Origin: Eledone cirrhosa
Lineage: Eukaryota
Length of the DNA stretch: 64,000 nt
Assembly (NCBI GenBank): GCA_964016885.1
Contig: OZ024764.1
Span: 22,754,001 to 22,818,000 of the forward strand
Reading direction: 5' to 3'
The notes under the pieces: model-generated
What the model was told of the DNA's origin: nothing
What the model saw: the letters and a program-made list of their open reading frames with translations, nothing else
The model's database searches: none
In this document: positions 11,091-22,739 of the stretch, one piece after another
Layout: every line of letters starts with the position of its first letter
How positions within the stretch are numbered: the stretch's first letter is position 1
Made by a program: the position numbers and the translations under genes

Positions 11091-11830
11091 GGTTCAGTCT
11101 GGTTCAAACTGAATTGGTCTGTCCCAGTCATTCATTGAGCAACATCGGTGAAGTTGGCACCCTTAACTCACAGTTGGGTGCGGATGCATTCATGTATATA
11201 TGTGTGTGTCCGCATGTATCTGTGTGTTTCTAAATATATTAATAACTCCCTCTGGTCGAGCAATCTTTGAAGTGTGGGGACAACTGGAAAGCTTCCATTA
11301 CTCATACTTCTCGCCTTCTTCACTACCTCTTCTACGGCCTCGATATGGATACCCCCTCCGCCTCCGTGGTATTTTCTTCGTGGTTATAAGAGGCTTAGCT
11401 CTGTTTCTCGACCGTTATATCGCGTGACTATCTCCCCCTCCGCCTTTTGGGATTCTTTCTCACGTCGTGTAGACGCGTTCTTGAGACTAGTAAAATGAGG
11501 TATCCTCTTGATAAGTTGGCAGACCTCGCAAGGACTCTATATCTTTGATATATTGTTTTTGTTTATGCTACGAAACTACGTAGTCGAGGAATTTAGGAGC
11601 AGTTTAGGTATGATACATTTTATTACTAATTATATCTAAATGTTTCTTCTCTCTTCATAATGTATTTTTAACTCTGATACTGGTTCAGTCTGGTTCAAAC
11701 TGAATTGGTCTGTCCCAGTCATTCATTGAGCAACATCGGTGAAGTTGGCACCCTTAACTCACAGTTGGGTGTGGATGCATTCATGTATATATGTGTGTGT
11801 CCGCATGTATCTGTGTGTTTCTAAATATAT
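11091..11830. other. Unclassified ~740-bp insertion with ~150-bp direct terminal repeat (591-bp period)
   Basis: ggttcagtctggttcaaactg...ctaaatatat occurs at 11091 and again at 11682. It is absent from the duplicate copy. Confidence 0.85.
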
Positions 11831-12839
11831 ATATATATATATATATATATACGTATGTGTATATTTTAACTATTTTAATATGACTTTAAAAAATAGTTTT
11901 AAGGCAACGTGACCCAACAGGTCCCGGGTGGTCTAGTTTGTTACTAAATACTAGATATTAGAGGGTCATGTTCTAGATGTGCTGGAAGAGCTATTCCATC
12001 TCGTGAGGCTCACACCAGCAGCTAGCCACCTCAGCACCTATGGTGGTATATTTATTATATTATTTATTCTTTATCATTAACATTAATATAAAAGATAATT
12101 ATATATTTTTTAGAGAAGAACCTCTAACTTCATATAGCTTAGGGCTTCAGTAGGTAAAAGTCTGGCCCTGCTTGTCTTGTATTTTTTAGGGGAGAAGTTA
12201 GGGAATACTGTTATTGTGTGAAAGTTTTCTAAATCTTCTTCAGCCACTAACATGGAGAAGATATTTCAGTAAGAAGGTTCACATCCTGACATCTATAGCT
12301 GTTAACAATGAGATTGGAATTCATTATTAAACAAATGTTATATCATCATCACTGTTTTACATCAGTTTTTCCACGCTGGCATGGGTTAGACGAGTTATCC
12401 TGTTGTAAGCAATGCCAGGTCAGGTGACCACGTGTTGCTCCTACAAAACCAATTTTGGTTTGGTTTCTACAGCTGGATGCCCTTCCCTGCACCAACCTTA
12501 TTTACATTGAGTACTGGGTGCTTTTTACTATCTCACCAACTCGACCACTTCACAGTGTGGGCTGGGTACTTTTTTACTTTTTGTCATGGCACCTACATGA
12601 CCACTTTACAGTGAGTACTGGGTACTTTTTATCGTGACACCTACATGACCACTTTACAGGGTGAACTGGGTACTTTTTGTCGTGACACCTACATGACCAC
12701 TTTACAGTGAGTACAGGGTACTTTTTGTCATGACACCTACACAACCTCTTTACAGTGTTGGCAGTGAAATCTAATGCGCCAGCTTCAGTAATCAGAATAT
12801 ACATATACACACACACAAACACAAATATATATATATATT

Positions 12840-14889
12840 CAGTGGTACTTTGATTTACGAGTGTCCCAACTAATAAGTTTTTCGAGATACGAGCCCTCTT
12901 TCGGCTGATTTTTTGCGTTGAGTTCCAGAGTAAAATTCAGGTTACGAGTCAGCTTCAGATGCCCTGCCACTAGTTGGCATAGTGACCGCCACAGGCAATA
13001 CCGTAACACCCGCCCGGCATCCCATGGCTTCGAAGAAAGTGAGGGCGAAGGACAGTTCTGAGAAGAAGAAGCAGATGATGTGTATTGAATTAAAGAAAGA
13101 AATTATAGAAAAAATTGACCAAGGTGTGTGTGTAGTGGACTTGGTGAAGTAGTACGAGCGTAGCACTTCTATGATATGTACCATACTGAAGTAGAAGGAC
13201 TTGATAAAGGCTATAACCCCAGCTAAGGGTGGTAAAATAATTTCTAAATAGCGGACATCTATCCATGAAAATATGGAAAAGCTGCTGATGGTGTGGTTGA
13301 CGGAGAAGCAGCTCGCAAGAGATACTGTGATGAAGATTATAATATGTGAGAAGGCACGAGCTATTTACGCTGATTTGCTGCAGCAGACCCCAGGTACTTC
13401 TACGGACGAGGCATCGGCAAGCCCTTTAATGCCAGTCGGGGTTGGTTTGAGAATTTTAAAAAGAGGACCGGCATTCACTCCGTTGTCAGGCATGGTGAGG
13501 CAGCTGAGGATTACCTCAAAACCTTTGTCAGAATTATAGCAGCCAAAGGATACATCCTTCAGCAAGTCTTTAACTGTGATGAAACAAGACTTTTTGGGAA
13601 GAAGATGCCAAGGAGGACTTATATAACAGCAGAGGAGAAGAGGATGCCTGGCCACAAACCCATGAAGGATAGGCTAACCCTCGCACTGTGCCACTGTGAA
13701 CGTTGACTGTAAGATTAAGTTGCCGCTCGTTTATCATTCAGAAAACTCCAGAACCTTTAAGTCACATAAGATTCTGAAAGAAAAACTGCAGGTTATGTGG
13801 AGGGCAAACCCGAGGTCATGGGTCACCAGGTAGTTCTTTGTGGAGTGGGTGAATTTGGTCTTTGGTCCTGACGTTAAAAAATATCTCCATGAAAATAACC
13901 TACCCCTGTAAACCCTTCTTGTCCTAGACAGTGCAACTGCTCACTCACCCACCCTCGAAGAGTTCAAGTTTATAAAGGTCCTCTACCTTCCACCAAACAC
14001 CACCCCTATCCTACAGACCAAGGACCAGCAGGTACCTTCTAATTTCAAGAAGCTCTTCACCAAGCACCTGTTCAGTCGCTGCTTTGAAGTGACGGAGAGC
14101 ACAAACTTCACCCTTGAGAGGTCTGGAAGGACCATTATAACATCGTGATATGCCTCAGAATTATCGATATGACATGGTAGGGTCTTACAAAGAGGACCTT
14201 GACCTCTACATGGAAGAAGCTGTGGCCTGAAGTTGTGTCTAAAACAGACTTTGAAAGACTCGAACCCGAAGCGGCAGTGGTGGAGGAGATTGTACCCCTC
14301 GGTAAGCCCATGGGCCTGGACATGGATGAAGGTGACATCAACGAGCTCATCGAGGAGCACCCCGAGGAAATGACAACGAAGGAATTAAAGGAGCTACAGA
14401 CACAGCAATACACGGAGTTTTTGCAGGAAATAGGTGACACAGAGGAGGTTATCTCAACAAGTGAGATGAAACAAACCTTATTAGACAGGTTTTTATTGAA
14501 AATCCCTGCAGATAAAAGTGAGGAAAGCGTGGCGAAAAGAGCAAAAATCAGCGAATAAGATTCAGTTATTCAGTTCATCCTTTCTCCTCCGTCAACATCC
14601 TCAAGTCGTCTGATCTCCAAGATAGATGCTGTACATTATACTTAATAAAACTAGTTTGTTGCAGTACATTCTATTGTATTGTTTTTTGTATACAATATTT
14701 GTCATTTATAAGTACATTTTTCTTATTTAAAAACACGTAACAAAACAAACTGTGGTTTTTTTGGGGGTCTGGAACGGATTAACGGCATTTTATTTTATTT
14801 CAGTGGGGAAAATTGATTTGACATACGAGTAATTTAAGTTACGAGGTCCTCCACGGAACAAATTAAACTCGTAAGTGAAGGTATCACAG
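12840..14889 (+). mobile_element. Tigger/pogo-family (Tc1-mariner) DNA transposon, decayed TIGD1-like transposase (~13024-14558)
   Basis: TIRs cagtggtactttgatttacgagt and actcgtaagtgaaggtatcacag. Peptides MASKK..IELKKEIIEK, MEKLLMVWL, VFNCDET..KKMPRRTYIT, GHKPMKDRLTL and WKKLWP, with stops and frameshifts. Confidence 0.92.
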
Positions 14890-14916
14890 TGTGTGTGTGT
14901 ATATATATAGATGAAG

Positions 14917-15085
14917 GAACGATCGACTTTCGTCAAATCGGACCGAGGAAGCAATGTTTTCATTGGTCTTTGCAATTGCTAGTACTATCGGTCGCAACTC
15001 CAGGTAGAAGGAACAACGTGAAATAAAGTGTCTTGCTCAAGGTCATAACGCATCGCCTGGTCCAGGAATCGAACTCACAACCTCA
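14917..15085 (-). mobile_element. tRNA-derived SINE, same family as 4018-4225, 5'-truncated
   Basis: Reverse-complement match to 4060-4225. Copy at ~46446-46615. Confidence 0.75.
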
Positions 15086-16644
15086 AGATATATATATATA
15101 TATATAAATGAAGAATATAGAAATTATTGTAGCAAAAAGCCAACAGTATTCCATTATATATATGTATATATAGTATAAAAGAGAAAACACAGGTAAGCAT
15201 TAAGAGAAGGATTTTATCCAGGTATTTACGACCGTTTCATTGGTAAGTGCAACCTTATATTTCTATCCTGCAAATAGCAGCCACTCAATTATAATTGTTG
15301 TTCTGTTCACAGTCCAAATTTTCAAAATAGTAAGTTACTCTTGAAATAATTCTTAATATATAGAGAAAAACATTTATTTGGAATTGTATTTACTAGTATA
15401 GAGAGAGAGGAATCAGAAGGTGAGGGGACAGACGGAATAGTATAGAGAGAGAGGAAGGGGGAAGAGGTAGGAAGTAGAGTGACAAACTGAGATGGGGGGA
15501 GGGGTAGAGGTGGCAGGATTCTTTGGTCAGTTTTGACAGCAGACTTCATGTCGTGGAATGTAGTGAGTTAAAGAGAATTAAATTGATCATTTTTGGAGGG
15601 ATGGATATATATATATATAGTTAAATATTAGACAGGAACAAAAAACAGGCAGTGCAAATGGTAGTTTATACCGAGAGAGAGACGGACAAACACATCTATA
15701 CCCCTACTACAGTAAAACGAAACATATGTAAGGGGAGACAACTCTCGTTACATCCCCCCTTCTTTTTGATATACGTCCTTTACATACTTTGTTCAATGGA
15801 ATCTGCTTTATTTTGTGTCCTAAGTAGATTTCTGTTTAATTATTTACGAGATTCACAATGATTCACGTAACCAAGTTACTTACATAGAGATATATTTCAC
15901 ATAGAATCACAACAAATGAAAATATTAAGTCAACACTCTGTCAATCAGTCTCACGTCACATGGGGTGCCGGAGTCTCCCTCTAATACTTTCTGAGACAGT
16001 CTTACCTCGAGTGATAGCAAGGCTAAGATGTTGGAACTACCAAACACCCTCATATGTATCACCTGACACCTCGGTAAGGAGAGCTGCCAACGATAACAAG
16101 AACCTCGTTGTCAGGGACCTATCTCCTCCAAACTTCTCCAACACCACAGACTAGAATATTCTACTCTTTATTCCCTATCAAATATATTTCAGTCTAGTCA
16201 TTTATCTTGTATCTTGTATATGTATTTTCAAAACTAACTGTCACATTTGTAAGACCCCAGTTAGTGATGTTTTTCTCTCCCTCCCACATCCTACATGCTG
16301 TAGTAAAAGTGAGGGTCACTGCTTCTGTAGACGAACGAAATAAAAGCTAAACTACCAGTAATTATCGGCAAAGTATTTATTCCAGTCTGTGATGTTTGAG
16401 AAGCTGGGCTGCTGACAACGAAGTTGTTGTCACAGTTGGCGGCTGGCTTTACCGAAGTACCCGATGACTCTTGTGAGGGTACTTAGCTGTTCTGGCGGTT
16501 TAGCCTCCACGTGACGCGATCTTACCGAGATACCCGGTGATCTCTGTAAGAGTACTTAGCTGTCCTATTTTAATTACATTTACTGTTTTCACCTTTATTT
16601 TTTTTTATTACAAACTTTACATAATTTAATTCGGTAAAAATATT

Positions 16645-16789
16645 TTACGTCACAAAAAAACTTGACCTTTGACATTGAAGCATGCGCAGTGGTGCAGTTG
16701 TCGACTTCCTGTCCACGTGTTAGTCTTCCTACAACATCATTTAGACAACATTTCTGTAAATACTAAACACCTGAGACTATAATGTAAGT
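16645..16789 (+). promoter_or_regulatory. Putative promoter and non-coding exon 1 of cassette B1, donor GT at 16784
   Basis: Same motif cluster and AT|GTAAGT donor as 5190-5334. Confidence 0.65.
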
Positions 16790-17899
16790 ATTATGTCTAT
16801 TAATATTGTAGATTTAAGCTCACTTTTCACATCACAAATATATATTTTCTTGTTTGTTTCATTACTGGAAATATAAAATGTTATCGTAATTATCTATATT
16901 TTACCTACCTCTAATTAATTAAAGTGAAAACTTTTGTTGTTGCTGAAAAATAAATTAACAAAACTAAATATTTAAATACTCTAAAGGTCGTTTTTATATT
17001 ATGTGATGATATAATTAATATAGTTTATTACAATTGTATAAATTTACAGTAGAATAACGTTGTAAATATGTTTTAAATATATACATAAATAACATAAGTG
17101 TGTAAATAACATTATAAATTGCTGGCAATTCCTTGAGAAAGACATTACAAATATATTGTCTAAGCTGTGTATAATAATATAATTTATTGAACAATAATGA
17201 TAAAGGAAAGAAAAACACAGTGGGAGATGGCAATTGACCACCAAACGAGGTAAACATTTTCAACTTTCCCCTTTTTTTGCTTTGTCCGAGACAACTCAAA
17301 ATATTCTTCAAGGAACTGGATTTTCCATTCGGTTGGATCGAACGGATTTTACCATTTATAATCTACGGAGAGGAATAACAGATGTTCGGAGGAAAAAAGA
17401 ATTGTTTGTGGCAACAACGTAGGGAACCAACCTGGAGCAATTGTATCACACAATTATACTTTCCTCCTTAACATACACTTACAATTTTTCAAAATCAAAC
17501 CCCACAAATATAAAATATAAATAATTATAAATGGCGAGGAACCATCCCATCTCCCTCTTGAAATAACCTAAATCTATTTATAGTCAGGTGTGACTGAAAG
17601 GTCAATCCATACTTCCATTCTATTTCACAGAATTAGAAGCTTTGACCACTTGATAGAATTCAGGTCCAGTAATGTAATCACTCCGTAATTGTAAACATCT
17701 TGTATCACTATCATTCAGGTTTTGATTTTACTCAAGTCTTGCCCATGTTTTTGTTTTTTTTCTTTTTTACACAACCTCACAATTTCGGTTTTTACTGCGG
17801 ATTTACCCATGCGAACTATTACACAAACTCACAGCCTTAGATTTTGTATTTCTAGCGTTTTTATTTTCCTTCTCTTTGCATGTTCAGTGCTCTTTCTCT

Positions 17900-20800
17900 C
17901 CCACTGTATTTACCTGCCTCTCACATGACCACACTCCTCTCCACGCACTCATCATCTTCTCACTCCTTCTCCACCTTCCATCCCTCCCCTTGCTCAACCC
18001 TTACTTCCTCCTCACGCACAGCCCACCTAGGTATTCGTTCAACCCGCCGGTGGCCCGATGTTTCGACCGAACTATTACCGGCGATTGCCGATTGCTAAAG
18101 TTGCCACCACTTTAACCTAGTCCACTCTAGGTGGCGGTGGCATGCGTTGAACGACCAAGAGACCTGCTTGGTGGAACGACTATGTGACAACCGGTCAGCC
18201 TTCGACCTCTCATTCTCCACCAACTGCAGCACGCACGAGAGGAGCTAACTTGACCCCACCTACCCCTCCTCTCCTTCACGGCAGATTCCGAACGAATCCA
18301 ACCCGGCCAACCACACCACCCCTACAACTGTTAGCTCACTACCCAACCTCCGCTTTAGTCCCACCGTTAGAACCACTGTTGTCTCCTTTACTGACTCACT
18401 CCCTTCAGCGAATTCCAACGCTGGCCCTCTACTGCCGGCTGTTGCCAGCCCGCCACCTGATTGCGCCCTCTGTGCCCGCACTAACCAGTACTTAAAGACA
18501 ATTAAGTCACCTATGCCACGCAAGCTACCACAGAAGCTGTGTCGGCATCACCAAAGCTCAAGCAAAAAGGCTTCAACACTGGACCTGTCATCGGTGCTAC
18601 TTCAGCTCTGACTATTCCGTGGGGATGACCAACACTCTACCGTCGACTTTCCACAGCCCCCCCAGGGCTTCACCAAATCATAGCTCGTTAACCGGACCCT
18701 TAAGGGAGCTCGGAACAGCTTTGCAGGTGCCCTCTCTAATTTACTGAAAAACGTTTGCTCGTCCAACAATAGTCTGGCAGAAATTGTTTTTGTTTCCCTC
18801 ATCTCTCTTCACGTGCACAATGCGAACTCGGGTTCCCTCAAGTCCTCTCTCAAGCGGCAGTTCCAGCTGTTTGAGTCCACCCCAACCACGTCTCATCTCA
18901 GTTCGTCTCCGAGCTCGGTGTCCACCAACAGACAACCGGTAGACCTCAAGCGAGCCGTCAATGCCAAATTCAGCGAATTTGACATTAAAGGGGCTGTCCT
19001 CCCTTGCTCCATGCAATTCTGACTCTCGTGAGCGTCTGAAGGAGAAGCACCCCCAGATGATCAGCAACACTGGCCCGAACCACCAGAATACTTGAGACCG
19101 GTTTACACCACCGATATCATCAGAAAGGCGATTTCATCCTTCCCCGCTGGGTCAGGCGCGGGAATTGACGCCCTTCATCCTCAACACCTCAAGGATGGTA
19201 TCTCCTTATCGGCCGGTGATGCCGGACTCGAGCTCTTGGAGAGTCTGACCCAGTTTGTGAATCAGTGAACGTTCTCCCGTTCATCCGCCCACTGTTCTTC
19301 GGTGCGAAGCTATTTGGTCTCACCAAGCCCAACGGGGACCTGCGCCGCATTGCGGTTGGCTGCACACCTCGCCGCCTCACTGCAAAGGCGTGATTGCTGT
19401 TGGTCTCCAACCCACTGGCGGAGGAATTTTCCCCCATCCAGCTGTGGGTGGGTACCAGGTTGGGATGTGTGGCTGCTGTCCACGCTGCCAGAACATTTGC
19501 CAACTTGCCCTCCTCATCCCCCAAGGTCATCCTCAAACTTGACCTCAGGAATGCCTTCAACTCCGTCAGCCGTAACATCGTCCTCGGCTCAGTAAGAGAG
19601 AGGGTCCCACAACTCTACCACTTTGCTTGGCAGGCTTATCGGGAGCCCTCCTACCTCTCTTTCAGTGACCAGATCATCACCTCTGCCTCAGGAGTCCAAC
19701 AGGGTGACCCACTCGGGACCGCCCCCCCCCCCCCGCACTGGACATTGATGACGTCACCAAGATGGGGGCTGAGTTGGACCTCAATGTCTGTCAGCTCGAC
19801 GACGCCTGTTTGAGGGGAACTCCGGATATGGTTCTCGCCACTGCCAACAGGATGGTGGAGGAGCTTCGCGCCGGGGTCTCCAGATCAATAGCTCCAAATG
19901 TGAGCTCTGGATCCTCAACCACCCGGCTTCTTAACACCAACAGCTGATCGACCTGTTCACAGAGTCCTTCCCTTCCATCACAGTCCCTCCCCCGTCGGCT
20001 TGGTGCTCCTTAGGAGCCCCGATCACAGACCTGGCCTTCGAGTCAACCATCCAATCGAAGATGGTTGGCCTTGAGCAGCTGCTGAGGAATATTGAAGATA
20101 TCGAACCCCATCAAGGTTTCTTCTTACTCAGGAACTACCTGTCTATTCCTAAGCTTCTGTATCTGCTCAGGGTCAGCCCCTCTCACAGATTTCCATCCTG
20201 CCTCCAACACTTCGACGACCTAATCTTCGAGAGACTCGAGTGTCTGGTCAATGTTAGTAAGTGTTCGTCCCTCTCTCTCCCCTGCTTCCTTTCCTCCACC
20301 CAAGCTTGCAGCATCCTCTCCTCTCCAACATGGACTAGTTCCAACAGGGAGTTGTGTGAAGCTCTCCAGCAATGGAGTGAGTTGGGCTTGTCTCTTCCTG
20401 AGAAGGTGGAGGACAGTCGAAGTCAGAGAACTTGGGACAGGATACGTTGGAATGCCACCTTCGACTCCCTCTTCGTCCTCTCAGATCGGTTTACAAGGTG
20501 CCGCTTACCATCTGCCAGTGCCAAATACTCCGGTGACTGGGTCGATGCCTTACCCGTGGCCAACGTTGGAGGCCTACTCAGCCTGGATGAACTTCGTGTC
20601 TCCATCACCCTCAGAGTGGGAGCTGACGTCTGCATGGGTTTGAGATGTGGCTAACTCCTCGACTCCACAGGCCCCCACGGTCTTTCTTGCTGCCTGAATG
20701 CCGGCCACTTTGCCCGTCACACGGAGCTAAACTTTATTCTGAAGAGAGCTTTGGCCCGGGCAAACATCGCCTCAGTCTTGGAACCATCTGGGTTGTCCAG

Positions 20801-21515
20801 AAGTGGCGCAAAAGACCTGACGGCCTTACCCTGTGCCCCTGGTCGAGAGGCAGGTGCCTAATCTGGGACGTCACTGTTAGTGACTCCTTTGCTCTTTCCC
20901 ACATCCTTGATGCTGCGGTAAGGACGAGAGCCACAGCTTCGGCAGCCGAGCGGAGTAAGACCCTCAAATACTCTGATCTGTCGGCCAGCTACATTTTTCA
21001 GCCTGTGGCTTTCGAGACGTTTGGGGGAGTCGGGCCGCTGACTGCGAGGTTCCTTTCCTCACTGGCGGCTCGCCTTATAGAGGTAACTGGCGAAATCACG
21101 AGGGCGCTTGGCTGTTCCAGCACCTCAGCCTCGCCATCACTCGATGTAACACTGCCAGTGTGCTGGCTTGCCTCAAAACTCATTAGAGAGGTTTCCCAGT
21201 ACCCCTCGTTGCTGTCTTTTGCTCTGGTGTTGGCTCCGTTGTCCACCCCTTCCTTTACATTTTCTTTAATATTGCAACATTGAAGGAATTTATCTTTCAT
21301 TGTATCATCCTTTATAGTGTTACCGAGGCATTTGTAATGTTATTTATATATTTAAAACATATTTCTTATGTTATTCTACTGTAAATTTATTTATATGCTC
21401 TGTTTATATTTTCATTCTGAAGGAACTTATCCACTTGTGTTGATATAAGTGATTCTATGACTTTCCTCTAAGCATTGTGTCATTATATATGTTATTATAA
21501 ACGTGAATAAATTGA
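17900..21515 (+). mobile_element. CRE-clade-like non-LTR retrotransposon (RT + restriction-like endonuclease), frameshifted; 5' boundary approximate
   Basis: GCVAAVHAAR, KLDLRNAFNSVSR, GVQQGDPLG, and C-terminal RPDGLTLCPW..WDVTVSD..AAERSKTLKY..PVAFETFG (PD-(D/E)xK type). Ends near AATAAA at ~21506. Absent from A-type introns. Confidence 0.85.
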
Positions 21516-22034
21516 ATCACACCCTAGGGGTTAACTACACACTGGCAGCATTACATCGGGTGATGGTGAGGCTAAGGTGCTGAAATAACCAGGTACCCTC
21601 ACGGGTATCACCTGACGCCTCTGTAAGGTGAGGCTACGGTGCTGAAATAACCAGGTACCCTCACGGAAACGACTAGATTTGTAGAAAAAATAGGGTGAAA
21701 GTATACAAAGAGATGTAGTTTCACAGATCTACTCACACCTCACGTTGGGTGGGAATAATTATTTTTCTTAGAATTCTTGCTATACCCCTTTTCCAGTATT
21801 TTTTCTCTGGACCCCTTAGATACTTGCGATAGACGTTTTATTTCCCAGTATTAGGGTTAGGGTTTCCGTTTTCAGGAAGAAAAGTCGATTGCAAACATCT
21901 AAGAGGTCGAGAAATAAAAATAAGGAAAGATAATTATTTCCCAGCCAACTGGAGAAGTGTGTAGCTCTTCTAAACTCCGATAATCCTGTCTCCCACTTCT
22001 TTATCTACAAATCTAGTCGTTTCCTGCTACTTTG

Positions 22035-22663
22035 TTCCCTGGGGTATGCCTTAGTATTTGACACCATCTATCTGTCTTACTCCCTAACTAGAAAGAAGTC
22101 AATCTGTCTCATGTGCTCACCTGATTGGTAGGTTATTAGGTGGTTGGTAGGTTTCTTGAAGTGTTGCAAATGGTTAGTTCACTTGCATCACAAAATACAA
22201 GAAGCGTCACTCCTTCATCGTTTCTTGAGCCATAACCATGACCACCATGTACCCCAGTGTATCCATCCTGGAGCTGTCCAACATGACCATTGAAGTCCCC
22301 TGCTATTATAACTAGGTCTCTGTCATTGTGCTTACCTCTACTTATTCCTTTTCTACATATGGAGCAGGGCCACTTTCCTGAAGGTGTCAGGGTCTTCTCT
22401 CCTATCCATTAGCACTTTAGTTTTGGCTAAGTATATTCTCAGAACTTACCATTTCAAATTCTATATCTATAGTTGGTCATCTACATAGAGAAGTTTCCAT
22501 AGACAGCCAGTCTTAAACCTCTCTGTTATGGCTTGGAGAACTATGATGAACAACAGTGGGCTAAGAACTAAACCATGATGAACTCCTACCTGTACCTTCA
22601 ATTCTTCACTAGACACACTTTACTGACAGCTTCTCACAAGCCATTCTTCTACACCTAATTTCC
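22035..22663 (-). mobile_element. Remnant of the same RTE-like LINE as 7965-10294 (mostly deleted in B cassettes)
   Basis: Matches 9665-10294. Copy at ~52787-53410. Confidence 0.85.
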
Positions 22664-22739
22664 TTAACCCTTTAGTATATAAACTGGCCATATCTGGCCA
22701 GAATTCTCCCACATCTTTCTGTTCAAACTGGCCGTAATT

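Noticed and set aside
14917-15085. Inversion of the upstream SINE between A and B cassettes
   Set aside because: The copies are diverged and have different flanks; independent insertions of an abundant family are more parsimonious.
15225-15300. Penelope-like hammerhead remnant (gaaacggtcg on the minus strand)
   Set aside because: No CTGANGA core could be located; too weak to support.
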